Origin: an uncultured Chloroflexia bacterium
GTDB lineage: Bacteria > Chloroflexota > Limnocylindria > Limnocylindrales > CSP1-4
NCBI GenBank assembly: GCA_963749705.1
Contig: CAVVNQ010000002.1
Coordinates: 237,176-301,175 of the forward strand
Reading direction: 5' to 3'
Length of the DNA: 64,000 nucleotides
Each line of letters starts with the position of its first letter. The first letter of the stretch is position 1. Below, piece after piece: positions 41,566-52,166 of the stretch. The notes below the pieces were generated by a model, which saw only the letters and a list, made by a program, of their open reading frames with translations, did no database searches and was not told where the DNA came from. Position numbers and translations under genes: made by a program.

Positions 41566-42168
41566 GTGAGCGAGGACGCCGGTCGCCGGTTCGGGTCGAC
41601 GCGTCCCCGCAAGCCTTCCATCGCCGAGCGGCGTGCTCGGCGGGCGGCCGTCGACGACGTCGGCGAGGTGCTCGATGCGGCGGCCCGGTTCCTCGAGGCG
41701 CGGCCCCGGTCGACCGCCGAGGTTCGCCGCCGCCTGACGACCGCCGGGTATCGGGGCGAGCTCGTGGACGCGGCGATCGTGCGCCTGACCGAGCTCGGCT
41801 ATCTCGATGACGCGGCGTTCGCCCAGGCGTGGGTCGAATCGCGGGATCGGGCGCATCCGCGCGGGGAGCACGCGCTGCGCCAGGAGCTGCGGCTCAAGGG
41901 CGTCGACCGAGGGCTGATCGATGGCGTCCTCGGGGAGCGGCAGCGGCGCACGGAGCAGGATCCCGAGCAACCGTCCGCGGATGCGGCGGCGGCGGCGGAG
42001 CTGCTCCAGCGAAATGCGCGGTCGCTCGGCCGGGTCGCGGACCCCCGCCGTCGGCGCCAGCGCGCGTACGCCCTCCTGGCGCGACATGGGTTCGACCCAA
42101 CTGTCGCGTCCGAGGCGAGCCGGCGGCTCGCAGCGCCCCCCGACGGCGACGAAGCCGCGGACGAGTAG
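41566..42168 (+). CDS. recX: Regulatory protein RecX
   Basis: RPRSTAEVRRRL, GYLDDAAFA, LRQELRLKGV, LARHGF; downstream of recA. Confidence 0.93.
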   Translation: MSEDAGRRFGSTRPRKPSIAERRARRAAVDDVGEVLDAAARFLEARPRSTAEVRRRLTTAGYRGELVDAAIVRLTELGYLDDAAFAQAWVESRDRAHPRGEHALRQELRLKGVDRGLIDGVLGERQRRTEQDPEQPSADAAAAAELLQRNARSLGRVADPRRRRQRAYALLARHGFDPTVASEASRRLAAPPDGDEAADE

Positions 42169-42282
42169 CCGCCTCCCGGGGGGTAGCGCCGGCCGGCGAT
42201 GGCCGCTTCGTTGGCCGCGTCGCGGGCCGCACGGGCCCATCACCGCCCGGGCCGGGTGGACGCGGGCGCGATCGCCGTCAGG

Positions 42283-42424
42283 CGTCAGGATCGCGGGGCG
42301 CACGGCGCGTTGATGCTCCGGGGACATCAAACGGGCGCGTGTGGCCCTGGAATTGGCCGTCTTGATGCCTGCCGGGCATCAATGAGACCGAGAGAGGCCG
42401 ATCCTGATGCCGCAGAGGCGTCAG
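42283..42424. promoter_or_regulatory. Phased array of YTGATG-N9-CRTCAR palindromes upstream of rny
   Basis: 21-mers at 42310-42330, 42362-42382 and 42404-42424, plus a half-site CGTCAG ending at 42288. Confidence 0.7.
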
Positions 42425-42755
42425 GCGGGTGGTCGAAGAGCACGATCGAGAGGTCGAGCCGGGCAGCGCAGGGCCCCCGGTGTCCAACGCTGACGCAACG
42501 GACCGGTACGTGCGCGTCGGGCGGTACGTGTCGACGGCAGGTTGCGAGCCGGTTCCGGGGTGACGATGTAGGCTACGAGCACAACCGGACGTGGACCTGC
42601 GGGCTGCGTCCGGGCGAGCCGCGTGATCCGGAGGTGGGCGAGGGAGCGTCAGCCCCTCGTTCGCATAGCCCAAGCGACTCCGGACCGCCCGTCGCCCGAT
42701 ACCGATTCGACAACGCCTCCGGCCCATCAGCCCGGCCGGGGGGGAGGAACTGAAG

Positions 42756-44285
42756 ATGGAACCAATCGTCGTCGCAGGCGCGGCCATCATTGCCGCTGCC
42801 GTCGGCGCCGCCGTGGGGTTCGTCGCCCGCGGCATCCTGGCAAGCCAGACGATCAAGTCTGCGCAGGACAAGGCCGCCCGCATCGTGGCCGAGGCGCGGA
42901 CTCAGCAGAAGGACATGATCCTCGAGGCGAAGGACGAGAAGCTTCGGCTCGGGCGCGAGGCCGAGCAGGAGGCGCGCGCGAAGCGCAGCGAGCTCCAGAA
43001 CCTCGAGCGGCGGCTGTTGTCCCGCGACGAGCAGCTCGACCAGCGGGCCGACCTGCTCGAGGAGAAGAGCCGCAAGATCAACGACCGCGAGCGGGACCTC
43101 GAGCACGAGCGCGACGAGCTCGCCCGGCTCAACGCCGAGCGCGTCGCCGCCCTCGAACGCGTGTCCGGGATGTCCGCGGACGACGCCAAGGCGATCCTGC
43201 TCGATGCCATCCGCGACGAGGCCGAGCACGACGCGGTCAAGCTGTCCCGGGCGATCGAGCGCCAGGCACGCGACGAGGCCCAGGACAAGGCCCGCGAGAT
43301 CATCGTGACCGCCATGCAGCGGGTGGCCGCGGACCACACCGCCGAGCACACGGTCACGACCGTCCACCTGCCGAGCGACGAGATGAAGGGCCGGATCATC
43401 GGCCGCGAGGGACGCAACATCCGGGCGCTGGAGCAGGCGACGGGGGTCGACCTGATCATCGACGACACGCCCGAGACCGTCATCCTCTCCGGGTTCGACC
43501 CCGTTCGTCGCGAGACCGCCCGGCTGGCACTCACCAAGCTGATCGCCGACGGCCGGATCCACCCCGGACGGATCGAGGAGGTCGTCAACAAGGCACGCGC
43601 CGAGGTGGATCTCGTGATCCGCCAGGCCGGCGAGCAGGCTGCGTACGACGCGGGGGTCCCGGGCCTGCCCGCGGAGATGATCAAGCTTCTCGGCCGGCTC
43701 AAGTACCGGACCAGCTACGGCCAGAACGTCCTCGTGCACTGCGTGGAGACGAGCCACCTTGCGGCGATCATCGCCGCCGAGCTCGGCGCCGATGTCCAGT
43801 CGGCCAAGATGGGCGGGCTGCTCCACGACCTGGGCAAGGCCGTGGACCACGAGGTCGAGGGGCCGCATGCCGCCATCGGCGCATCGATCGCCCAGAAGCA
43901 CAACCTGCCGTTCAAGGTGGTCAACGGGATCGCGGCCCACCACCAGGAGGTGGAGTTCGCGTGCATCGAGGCGCCCATCGTCCAGGTGGCCGACGCGATC
44001 TCGGCGTCGCGACCGGGCGCGCGCGGCGAGACGATGCAGACGTACGTCAAGCGGCTGGAGGACCTCCAGGCGATCGCGGAGAGCTTCACCGGCGTGGATC
44101 GCTCGTTCGCCGTCCAGGCCGGTCGCGAGGTGCGGATCCTCGTCCGGCCGGAGGAGATCGACGACCTCAGCGCGGGCAGGCTCGCGCGCGACATCGTCAA
44201 GAAGATCGAGGACAGCCTGACCTACCCGGGCCAGATCAAGGTCACCGTCATCCGCGAGACGCGCTCCGTCGAATACGCGAAGTAG
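42756..44285 (+). CDS. rny: Ribonuclease Y
   Basis: N-terminal TM, coiled coil, KH domain ([14 protein letters not shown]), HD domain (LLHDLGK), SRPGAR, QAGRE. Confidence 0.98.
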   Translation: MEPIVVAGAAIIAAAVGAAVGFVARGILASQTIKSAQDKAARIVAEARTQQKDMILEAKDEKLRLGREAEQEARAKRSELQNLERRLLSRDEQLDQRADLLEEKSRKINDRERDLEHERDELARLNAERVAALERVSGMSADDAKAILLDAIRDEAEHDAVKLSRAIERQARDEAQDKAREIIVTAMQRVAADHTAEHTVTTVHLPSDEMKGRIIGREGRNIRALEQATGVDLIIDDTPETVILSGFDPVRRETARLALTKLIADGRIHPGRIEEVVNKARAEVDLVIRQAGEQAAYDAGVPGLPAEMIKLLGRLKYRTSYGQNVLVHCVETSHLAAIIAAELGADVQSAKMGGLLHDLGKAVDHEVEGPHAAIGASIAQKHNLPFKVVNGIAAHHQEVEFACIEAPIVQVADAISASRPGARGETMQTYVKRLEDLQAIAESFTGVDRSFAVQAGREVRILVRPEEIDDLSAGRLARDIVKKIEDSLTYPGQIKVTVIRETRSVEYAK

Positions 44286-44299
44286 CGGGTGGATCACGC

Positions 44300-45163
44300 G
44301 TGACGCGCGACAGCGAGCGGGCCGGTCTGGGCAACCCGCCCAACGGGGATGCGCCGCGCCCGGCCGGCGCCTGCCGGGTCCTGCTGATCGGCGACGTGAT
44401 CGGCAAGCCCGGGCGCGTCGCCCTGGAGCAGGTGCTCCGTGGCCTCCGCGACGAGCGCGGCATCGACTTCGTGACCGCCAACGGGGAGAACCTGGCCGGG
44501 GGCATGGGCCTCACCCCATCGACGGCCGAGGCACTGTTCGGCGCCGGGGTCGACGTCATCACGTCGGGCAACCACATCTGGGACAAGCGCGAGATCTACC
44601 CGTTCCTCGACACCAGCGAGCGCGTCCTGCGGCCGCTCAACTACGGGACGCACGACGTTCCCGGTCGGGGCTGGGGGATCTTCCAGGCCCTCGACGGCAC
44701 CGAGCTGGCGGTGATCAACCTCCAGGGCCGGACGACGATGGTCCCCATCGACAACCCGTTCACCGATGCCGACCGCCTGCTCGACGAGGCCTCGGAGCCG
44801 CTGCCGCCGATCCGGATCGTCGACTTCCACTGCGAGCTGACATCCGAGAAGAACGCGCTCGGCCTGTACCTCGACGGGCGGGTGTCCGTCGTGGTCGGGA
44901 CCCACACGCACGTGGTCACGGGCGACGAGCGGATCCTGCCCAAGGGGACCGCATACCTGACGGACCTGGGGATGACCGGTCCGCTGTGGAGCGTCATCGG
45001 CTTCAACCCCGGGACCGTCCTGCCGCGGTTCGTCAATGCCCTGCCGACACGGTTCGAGGTCGGCGACGGCCCCGTGATCCTCAACGCGTGCCAGGTGGAC
45101 ATCGACCCGGCCACGGGTCGGGCGCTGCAGATCGAGCGGATCCAGCGCCTCGTCGAGGTCTGA
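44300..45163 (+). CDS. YmdB/TIGR00282 family metallophosphoesterase
   Basis: GDVIGKPG, NGEN, GNHIWD, DFHCELTSEK, GTHTH, TDLGMTG. Confidence 0.95.
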   Translation: MTRDSERAGLGNPPNGDAPRPAGACRVLLIGDVIGKPGRVALEQVLRGLRDERGIDFVTANGENLAGGMGLTPSTAEALFGAGVDVITSGNHIWDKREIYPFLDTSERVLRPLNYGTHDVPGRGWGIFQALDGTELAVINLQGRTTMVPIDNPFTDADRLLDEASEPLPPIRIVDFHCELTSEKNALGLYLDGRVSVVVGTHTHVVTGDERILPKGTAYLTDLGMTGPLWSVIGFNPGTVLPRFVNALPTRFEVGDGPVILNACQVDIDPATGRALQIERIQRLVEV

Positions 45164-45167
45164 GCCG

Positions 45168-46097
45168 GTGAGCGTTCGTCACCAGCCGCGCGCGGACGAC
45201 GCGCCGACCGCCGCCGGCACGGCCATCGCCGATGTCCACACGCATACCCTCCGCTCCGACGGCGTGCTCGAGCCATCGGAGCTCGTGCGGCAGGCGGCGG
45301 CCGCGGGCGTCCGGCTGTTCGCCATTGCCGATCACGACAACCTCGCGGCGTACCGCGAGCTCGTGGCGCCGGGCGCGGACCCGCTGCCGGCCGGGATGGA
45401 GCTGGTGCCCGCGGTCGAGATCAACTCGGTCACCGTCGGGCTCGAGCTCGACCTCCCCGACGGCGAGCTCCACGTGCTCGGGATCGGCGTGGACCCCGAG
45501 GACGATCGGTTCGAGGCGGCGCTGGCGACGCAGCGCGGCGCACGGAGGGTGCGGTTCCAGGCCACGGTCGACCGGCTGCGCGAGATCGGCTGTCCGGTGG
45601 ATGCGCAGATCGCGGAGCTGGACCTCACCGGCGACGACGCGTTGGGTCGCCCCACGCTGGCCAGGGCGCTGATCGCCGCCGGGTTCGCGGACAGCGTCGA
45701 GGACGCGTTCCAGCGACTGATCGGCCACGGCATGCCCGGGTACGTGCCGCGCACCGGGCTGGGGCCGGTGGAGGCGATCCACGCCATCCGCGCTGCCGGC
45801 GGCCTCGTCTCGCTGGCCCATTTCGCCGAGGCGCCGCGCCGGGTGCCGCTCCTCCGCGAGCTCGCCGCCGAGGGTCTCAACGGTCTCGAGTCGCATCACC
45901 GCTCGTTCGATGCCGGAACGCGCGACGCGGTGGGCGCGGTGGCTCGCGAGCTGCGGCTGGTCGAGACCGGGGGGACGGACTACCACGGCGATCTTGGCCC
46001 CTACGCCGAGGTCCACGCCGAGCTCGTGATGCCGGACGCGCTGGTCGCCGGGATGCGCGAGGCGCTGCGCCGGACCAGTGGGGCGCGGCTGCGCTGA
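45168..46097 (+). CDS. PHP domain protein (TrpH/YciV-like)
   Basis: DVHTHTLRSDG, ADHD, VEIN, HVLG, LAH, GGTDYHG. Confidence 0.93.
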   Translation: MSVRHQPRADDAPTAAGTAIADVHTHTLRSDGVLEPSELVRQAAAAGVRLFAIADHDNLAAYRELVAPGADPLPAGMELVPAVEINSVTVGLELDLPDGELHVLGIGVDPEDDRFEAALATQRGARRVRFQATVDRLREIGCPVDAQIAELDLTGDDALGRPTLARALIAAGFADSVEDAFQRLIGHGMPGYVPRTGLGPVEAIHAIRAAGGLVSLAHFAEAPRRVPLLRELAAEGLNGLESHHRSFDAGTRDAVGAVARELRLVETGGTDYHGDLGPYAEVHAELVMPDALVAGMREALRRTSGARLR

Positions 46098-46125
46098 GCG
46101 GACAGGCCGTACCATCAGGCGTGTC

Positions 46126-47781
46126 ATGACGACCACCCGCCGGCTGCCCGTGCTCGAGATCCTGCCGCCGTCCGTCGGCTCGGGGGGCCCGCGCGAGCCG
46201 CTGGACCCCGAGGACCGGCGGCTGGGCGAGTTCCGCCCCGAGCCCCGGTCGCTGCCGTCGTTCTTCGTGTGGACGCTCGGCTGCCAGATGAACAAGAGCG
46301 ACTCCGAGGAGATGGCCGGTCGCCTGCTGGCGGCGGGCTGCGCCGAGGCACCCGCGATGGAGGACGCCGACCTCGTGGTCATCAACACCTGCGCGATCCG
46401 GGAGGCCGCCGAGGCCAAGGTGATCGGACGGCAGGGGCAGCTGAACCGGCTCAAGGCGGCAAACCCCGGGTTGCGCGTGGTGATGACCGGCTGCTCGGTC
46501 CGCGAAGGCAACCGGGACGGTCTCGCGCGTCGCTATCCGGCGATCGACCTGTTCCTGCGGCCGGACGAAGAGCCCGAGCTCATCGACCGCCTCGGCCTGG
46601 CGTCGGCGCAGGCGCCGGTCGGCACGCTCGCGATGACCGCCGCGACGACCGTCGTCAACCGGGCGCTCGTGTCCGACGCGACCCATCTCGTCCGCGCCCG
46701 CGCCGACGCGATCGCGGGCGGTGCGGTGAGCCGGACCTCCGCGATCAGCGCCTGGCTGCCGATCATCTACGGCTGCGACAAGACCTGCACCTACTGCATC
46801 GTCCCATTCAGCCGCGGCCCGGAGCGCAGCCGTCCGTTCGACGAGATCGTCGACGAGGCGCGGGCGCTGGCGGCGGCCGGCTACCGAGAGGTCACGCTGC
46901 TGGGCCAGAACGTCAACAGCTACGGCCACGACCTGGCCGCGCAGCCCCGGTTCGCCCACGTCGTCACGGCGCGCACGGTTGGGCGCCGCCAGGATCGCGA
47001 GGCGCGCCCGGACCTGGCGGAGCTGATCCGGGCCCTGGACGGCATCCGGGCGGCCGACGGCGCGCCGGCCATCCCGCGACTCCGGTTCGTGACCTCGCAC
47101 CCGTGGGACCTGTCGGACCGGCTGATCGAGGCGATGCGCGACTGCCCCTCGGTGTGCGAGGCGCTGCACCTCCCCGTCCAGTCCGGGAGCGACGCGATGC
47201 TGCGCCGGATGGGCCGGCAGTACACGATCGAGCACTACCTCGAGCGGCTGGGCCGGATCCGCGAGGCGGTCCCGGGCATCGCCCTGTCGACCGACGTGAT
47301 CGTCGGCTTCTGCGGGGAGACGGATGAGGAGTACGCGGCCACGCTGCGCCTGCTCGAGACCGTCGAGTACGACCAGGTGTTCGCCGCCGCCTACAGCGAG
47401 CGCCCCGGGACGCCGGCCACGCGGCTCGTCGATGACGTTCCCGCGGCGGAGAAGCGCCGGCGGCTGGTCGAGCTGCTGGCCGTCCAGGAGGGGATCGGGC
47501 TCGAGCGAAACCGCCGATGGCTGGGCCGGACGACCGAGGTGCTGGTGGACACGATCATCCCGCCGCGTCGCCACGATCACGAGGACGAGGACGAGGCGGC
47601 CGGCAGCGCCGAGTCTCGGGATGCCTTCGCGCACCTCCCCGAGGGCGTCGTCCACCTGGCCGGCCGCTCGCGCGAGAACAAGCTCGTCCACGTCGCGGGC
47701 GCCCCGTCGCTGGTGGGCGCGCTGGTCGCGGTCGCCGTCGAGCACGCCGGCCCGTACGCGCTCCGCGGACGCCTGGCCTGA
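46126..47781 (+). CDS. miaB: tRNA (i6A37) methylthiotransferase MiaB
   Basis: TLGCQMNKSDSE, NTCAIRE, radical SAM CDKTCTYC, GQNVNSY, HLPVQSG and a TRAM domain. Confidence 0.96.
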   Translation: MTTTRRLPVLEILPPSVGSGGPREPLDPEDRRLGEFRPEPRSLPSFFVWTLGCQMNKSDSEEMAGRLLAAGCAEAPAMEDADLVVINTCAIREAAEAKVIGRQGQLNRLKAANPGLRVVMTGCSVREGNRDGLARRYPAIDLFLRPDEEPELIDRLGLASAQAPVGTLAMTAATTVVNRALVSDATHLVRARADAIAGGAVSRTSAISAWLPIIYGCDKTCTYCIVPFSRGPERSRPFDEIVDEARALAAAGYREVTLLGQNVNSYGHDLAAQPRFAHVVTARTVGRRQDREARPDLAELIRALDGIRAADGAPAIPRLRFVTSHPWDLSDRLIEAMRDCPSVCEALHLPVQSGSDAMLRRMGRQYTIEHYLERLGRIREAVPGIALSTDVIVGFCGETDEEYAATLRLLETVEYDQVFAAAYSERPGTPATRLVDDVPAAEKRRRLVELLAVQEGIGLERNRRWLGRTTEVLVDTIIPPRRHDHEDEDEAAGSAESRDAFAHLPEGVVHLAGRSRENKLVHVAGAPSLVGALVAVAVEHAGPYALRGRLA

Positions 47782-47786
47782 GCGCG

Positions 47787-48797
47787 ATGCCCCCGGCCGG
47801 CGATCCCGCGCCCGCCGCCGAGGGGTCGACGGGGCGCCGACAGCCGGCCACCGGCGGGCCCGCGCAGCTGCCGCCGCTCATCGTCATCGGCGGTCCGACG
47901 GCCACGGGCAAGACCGCGCTCGCCATCGAGCTCGCCGAGGCACTCCGCACCCGCGGCATCCCCGCCGAGATCGTGTCGGCCGATTCGCGGCAGGTGTACC
48001 GGGGGCTCGACATCGGCACCGCCAAGGCGGGTCCGGACGAGCGCGCCCGGGTCGTCCACCATGGCCTCGATCTGGTCGATCCCGACCAGCCGTTCACCGT
48101 GGTCGACTTCCGCGGGCACGCGCTCGGCGTCCTGGCGACCCTGTCGGCGCGGGACGGGATCGGCATCCTCGCGGGTGGCACCGGGTTCTGGCTGCGCGCC
48201 GTGTTCGCGGGCATCGACACGGACGCCCTGCCGTCGGATCCCGAGACCCGGCGGGGGATCGAGGCCCTGTTGACCAGCGATGGCCTCGACGCCGTCGCGT
48301 CGCGGCTGACCGCGATGGCCCCCGGCCTGGCCGCACGGACCGACCTCCGCAACCCCCGCCGCGTGGTCCGCGCGCTCGAGATCGCGTCGCTCCGCGGTGA
48401 TGCCCCGCTGCCGGCCCGCGTCGGCTACCCGGCGCCGGTCCTGGGCCTGCAGCTCGTCGTGGAGCCGGCGGAGCACCAGCGGCGGATCCTGCGCCGCGCG
48501 CGCGCCCAGTTCGCGGCCGGCCTGGTCGACGAGGCGAAAGCGCTCCGCGAGCGGTTTGACCCGCGGCTGCCGGCGTTCTCCGCGATCGGCTATCGCGAGA
48601 GCTGGGCCGTGCTCGACGGCGAATGCACGCTCGAGGAGGCGATCGCGCGCGACGCCCGGCGCAACGTCCAGTTCGCGAAACGGCAGCGGACGTGGTTCCG
48701 GGCGGAGCCCGCGCTGTCGGTGGTGGATGCGACGGACGCCGCATTCGAGCAGGCGACGCTGCCGCTGGGCGCGTTCCTGGACCTGGTCGGCGGCTGA
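47787..48797 (+). CDS. miaA: tRNA dimethylallyltransferase
   Basis: GPTATGKT, SADSRQVYRGLDIGTAK, GGTG, AIGYRE, AKRQRTWF. Confidence 0.97.
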   Translation: MPPAGDPAPAAEGSTGRRQPATGGPAQLPPLIVIGGPTATGKTALAIELAEALRTRGIPAEIVSADSRQVYRGLDIGTAKAGPDERARVVHHGLDLVDPDQPFTVVDFRGHALGVLATLSARDGIGILAGGTGFWLRAVFAGIDTDALPSDPETRRGIEALLTSDGLDAVASRLTAMAPGLAARTDLRNPRRVVRALEIASLRGDAPLPARVGYPAPVLGLQLVVEPAEHQRRILRRARAQFAAGLVDEAKALRERFDPRLPAFSAIGYRESWAVLDGECTLEEAIARDARRNVQFAKRQRTWFRAEPALSVVDATDAAFEQATLPLGAFLDLVGG

Positions 48798-48806
48798 CGC
48801 TCTCGA

Positions 48807-50744
48807 TCAGGCGGGGAGCGGACGCAGCTCCGGCGCCTCGAGCATCGTCGGTGAGCGGTCCACGGTCGGCCGCGCCTGCTGGGCGAACAGGAACAGCGCG
48901 AGCCGCGCGCGCGCCCGGTGCTGGCCGGGCAGGAACTCGAGGCCATGGACGAGACCGCCGCGGGGATCGCGGCGGACCGAGCGGACCACCGCGCGCAGGA
49001 CGAGCGGCGCACCGGGCTTCGAGAGCACCAGCCTGACCTTCGACCCCGGGACGATCTCCGTCCCCGCCACGACCCGGGCGCCGGCGGCCGACACGTCGCG
49101 GGCCTCCGCGGCAAAGTCGCCCAGCAGGGCCGGCAGCGCGACATCGAAGCGCACGCTGGCTCGCCGCTCCGGGGCGTACCGCAGCGACCGGATGCGCACG
49201 ATCGCGAGGCACACGAGCGCGACGTTGAACAGCAGCCAGCAGAAGGCGGCGATGACCGCGCCCGGCTCGGCATAGGTGACGAACGTGCGGCCGAGGAGCG
49301 TCAGCGCAAACCATGCCGCCGAGAGGAACGACGCCACCAGCAGCGCCCGAAGCGGCAACGGCACCCGGACGCGACTCCGGCCATCGCCCAGGCGGCCCTT
49401 GGGGGTGACCACGAACGCCGGTCGCCGGCGGGTCACCAGGGTCAGCGTGGCACGCAGGTTCGACGTCATCCGGACCAGCTCGAACACGATCGACAGGACC
49501 GGCCGGTGGCAGCCCCGGCTGAGGGCGAGCAGGGCCAGCTGCTGGAGCAGGAACGTGGACACGAATGCCGTCGCAAAGACTCGCAGGTCGGCGCGGATCG
49601 GGACGGCGCCCGTGAGCACGACGACCATCGGGAGGATCGCGAAGGCGAGCGTCCGCCAGGCGTCGAACCAGCCGAGCAGCGTGGCCGCGTACGACAGCCG
49701 CTGGGGCAGCGTCAGACCGGACACCCACAGCGGATTCTCGCGGCGCAGGACCTGCATCGCGCCGGTGCCCCAGCGCAGGCGCTGGAGCTGGTACGTGTCG
49801 GCATCGCCCGCCGCCAGGCCGCGCGCGAGCACCTCGTTGTGGTACGCGGTGCGCCAGCCGTGCCGGTGGAGCCGGATCGTGGTGTGGATGTCCTCGGTGA
49901 TCGTGTCCGTTGCGACGCCGCCGACGTCACGCAACGCGGCGACCCGGACCACGGCGCCGGTGCCGCACCAGAACGCACCGCCCCAGCGGTTCTTGCCCGG
50001 CTGGAGCATCCGGTAGAACAGCGCCTGCTCGTGGAACCGCTCGCCGTCGCCGGCCACCGCATCGTGCTCGAAGGAGTCGTGGTTGTAGAACTCCTGCGGC
50101 GTCTGGACGAGGGCGATCCGCGGGTCGTCGAAGTAGCCGACGGTCCGAACCAGGAGGTTGCGATCCGCGACGTGGTCGGCGTCGAGGACGGCGATCAGGT
50201 CGGCGTCGATCACGGTCAGCGCGTGGTTGAGGTTGCCCGCCTTCGCGTGGGCATGGTCCGTGCGGGCGAGATAGTGGACGCCGAGCGACCGTGCGAGCCG
50301 CTCCACCTCGGGCCGTGCGCCGTCGTCGAGGACCCATGTCTCGTGGCGCAGCCGGATCGCCCTGGCGGCGGCGATCGTGGGCAGCAGGATCTCGATGCCC
50401 TCGTTGTACGTGGGGACCAGGACCGCGATCCGCAGCGGCGTCGACCGGACGTCGCGGTGGGCCGGCCGCCGGTCCACGTCCCACAGCGAGAACGCGAACA
50501 GGGCGAGGCCGAGCGTCGCGTGGATCTCCAGCACCAGGAGCGGGATGGATGCCCACCACACGGCGAGATCGAGCGTCGCCGTCGCGCGCCAGGTGAGGTA
50601 GATCACGCTCGCGACGAGGGCGACGATGGCGATCCCGCGGACCACCAGCCGCCGGAGCAGGGGCTCGGGTTCGGGCAGCGCGGGGCCGGGCGCGGGGGCG
50701 CGCAGCCAGCCGAAAGCATCGGTCAGGGCTCGTTGGTTGGGCAT
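48807..50744 (-). CDS. BcsA/CelA-like GT2 processive glycosyltransferase with C-terminal PilZ domain
   Basis: PTYNE, DDG, HAKAGN, DADH, QTPQEF, FWCG, TED, QRLRW, FVVTPK; PilZ RRASVR...DVSAAG. Confidence 0.9.
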   Translation of the reverse strand: MPNQRALTDAFGWLRAPAPGPALPEPEPLLRRLVVRGIAIVALVASVIYLTWRATATLDLAVWWASIPLLVLEIHATLGLALFAFSLWDVDRRPAHRDVRSTPLRIAVLVPTYNEGIEILLPTIAAARAIRLRHETWVLDDGARPEVERLARSLGVHYLARTDHAHAKAGNLNHALTVIDADLIAVLDADHVADRNLLVRTVGYFDDPRIALVQTPQEFYNHDSFEHDAVAGDGERFHEQALFYRMLQPGKNRWGGAFWCGTGAVVRVAALRDVGGVATDTITEDIHTTIRLHRHGWRTAYHNEVLARGLAAGDADTYQLQRLRWGTGAMQVLRRENPLWVSGLTLPQRLSYAATLLGWFDAWRTLAFAILPMVVVLTGAVPIRADLRVFATAFVSTFLLQQLALLALSRGCHRPVLSIVFELVRMTSNLRATLTLVTRRRPAFVVTPKGRLGDGRSRVRVPLPLRALLVASFLSAAWFALTLLGRTFVTYAEPGAVIAAFCWLLFNVALVCLAIVRIRSLRYAPERRASVRFDVALPALLGDFAAEARDVSAAGARVVAGTEIVPGSKVRLVLSKPGAPLVLRAVVRSVRRDPRGGLVHGLEFLPGQHRARARLALFLFAQQARPTVDRSPTMLEAPELRPLPA

Positions 50745-50847
50745 GCGTCAACTGTCGATGGCGGTGCGCCGACGCGCCACGCTCCGGAAGGACTACCTGA
50801 CCCGGCCGATCGGGGGGTGCGCGAGACCACCCGGTATGCTGGCCGCC

Positions 50848-52164
50848 ATGAGCCCCCACACGACCATCGACCTCGCGCCGCCCGTCGAGAAGGCGTTCCT
50901 GCTCGCGGTCGACACGGGTGACGACCCCGGCTGGACGGCCGAGGACAGCCTGGCCGAGCTCGCCGCGCTGGCCGAGACGGCGGGCGCCGACGTGGTCGGG
51001 GCCGAGTGGCAGAACCGCCGCCATGTCGATCCCAACTGGTACGTGGGCAAGGGCAAGGCCGAGGAGATGCTCCAGGCGAAGTCCGAGACCGGGTTCGACG
51101 TCCTGGTCGCGGACGACGAGCTGAGCCCGGCGCAGCAGAAGAGCCTGGAGACGCTGCTCAACGTCAAGGTCATCGACCGCAGCCGGCTGATCCTCGACAT
51201 CTTCGCCCTCCACGCGCAGACGCACGAGGGCCGGCTCCAGGTCGAGCTCGCCCAGCTCGAGTACCAGCTGCCGCGGCTGACCCGCCTGTGGACACACCTC
51301 TCGCGCACGGGTGGCGGGATCGGCACCCGGGGCCCGGGCGAGTCACAGCTGGAGACCGACCGCCGGCTCATCCGCCAGCGGATCAAGAAGATGAAGGAGC
51401 GGGTCGACAACGTCCGCCAGCAGCGACAGACGGCGGCCCGTGGCCGCGATCGGCGCCTGTACTCGACGGTCGCGATCGTGGGCTACACGAACGCCGGCAA
51501 GTCGACCCTGCTCAACGCCCTCGTCGGCTCCGAGGTCGCGCGTGCCGAGGACAAGCTGTTCGCGACGCTCGACCCCACCTCGCGCCAGGTGAAGCTGGGC
51601 GACGGGCAGACCGCGATCGTGACCGACACCGTGGGCTTCATCCACAAGCTGCCGCACCAGCTGGTCGATGCGTTCCGGGCGACGCTCGAGGAGGTCACCC
51701 GCGCCGACGTCCTGGTCGAGGTCGTCGATGCGGCGGACACGCACCACGACGAGCACCGGGCGACGGTCCAGGTCGTCCTCGACGAGCTCGCCGCGGGCGA
51801 CAAGCCACGGCTCGCCGCGTTCAACAAGGCCGACCTCCTGTTCCCCGTCGCGGACGGCTCGAACCCTGCTCCCGCCGTTGGCGGCTCGGTGCTCGTGTCC
51901 GCGGTGACCGGGTTCGGGCTGGACACGCTGCGGGCCGAGATCGCCGCCCTGCTCGCATCACTGTGGGAGGACGTCGACGTCGCGGTGCCGTACGCTGCCG
52001 GCGAGCTGCTCGCGCGCGTACGCGAGCGGGGCACGGTGGACCTCGAGTACGGGAACCACGACGTGCGTGTCCGGGGCCGGATGGCGCCCGCGATGGCGGG
52101 TGAGCTGCGCGCCGCCGCCGACCGCTGGCGGGAGACGCTGGTGGCCGACGGGGTCACGTCCTGA
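50848..52164 (+). CDS. hflX: GTPase HflX
   Basis: GKGK, LILDIFA, QVELAQLEY, GPGESQLE, GYTNAGKS, LFATLD, DTVGF, NKAD. Confidence 0.97.
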   Translation: MSPHTTIDLAPPVEKAFLLAVDTGDDPGWTAEDSLAELAALAETAGADVVGAEWQNRRHVDPNWYVGKGKAEEMLQAKSETGFDVLVADDELSPAQQKSLETLLNVKVIDRSRLILDIFALHAQTHEGRLQVELAQLEYQLPRLTRLWTHLSRTGGGIGTRGPGESQLETDRRLIRQRIKKMKERVDNVRQQRQTAARGRDRRLYSTVAIVGYTNAGKSTLLNALVGSEVARAEDKLFATLDPTSRQVKLGDGQTAIVTDTVGFIHKLPHQLVDAFRATLEEVTRADVLVEVVDAADTHHDEHRATVQVVLDELAAGDKPRLAAFNKADLLFPVADGSNPAPAVGGSVLVSAVTGFGLDTLRAEIAALLASLWEDVDVAVPYAAGELLARVRERGTVDLEYGNHDVRVRGRMAPAMAGELRAAADRWRETLVADGVTS

Positions 52165-52166
52165 GC

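Noticed and set aside
42623-45163. Apparent 846-aa ORF overlapping rny
   Set aside because: Only the last ~287 codons (YmdB, GTG 44300) are real.
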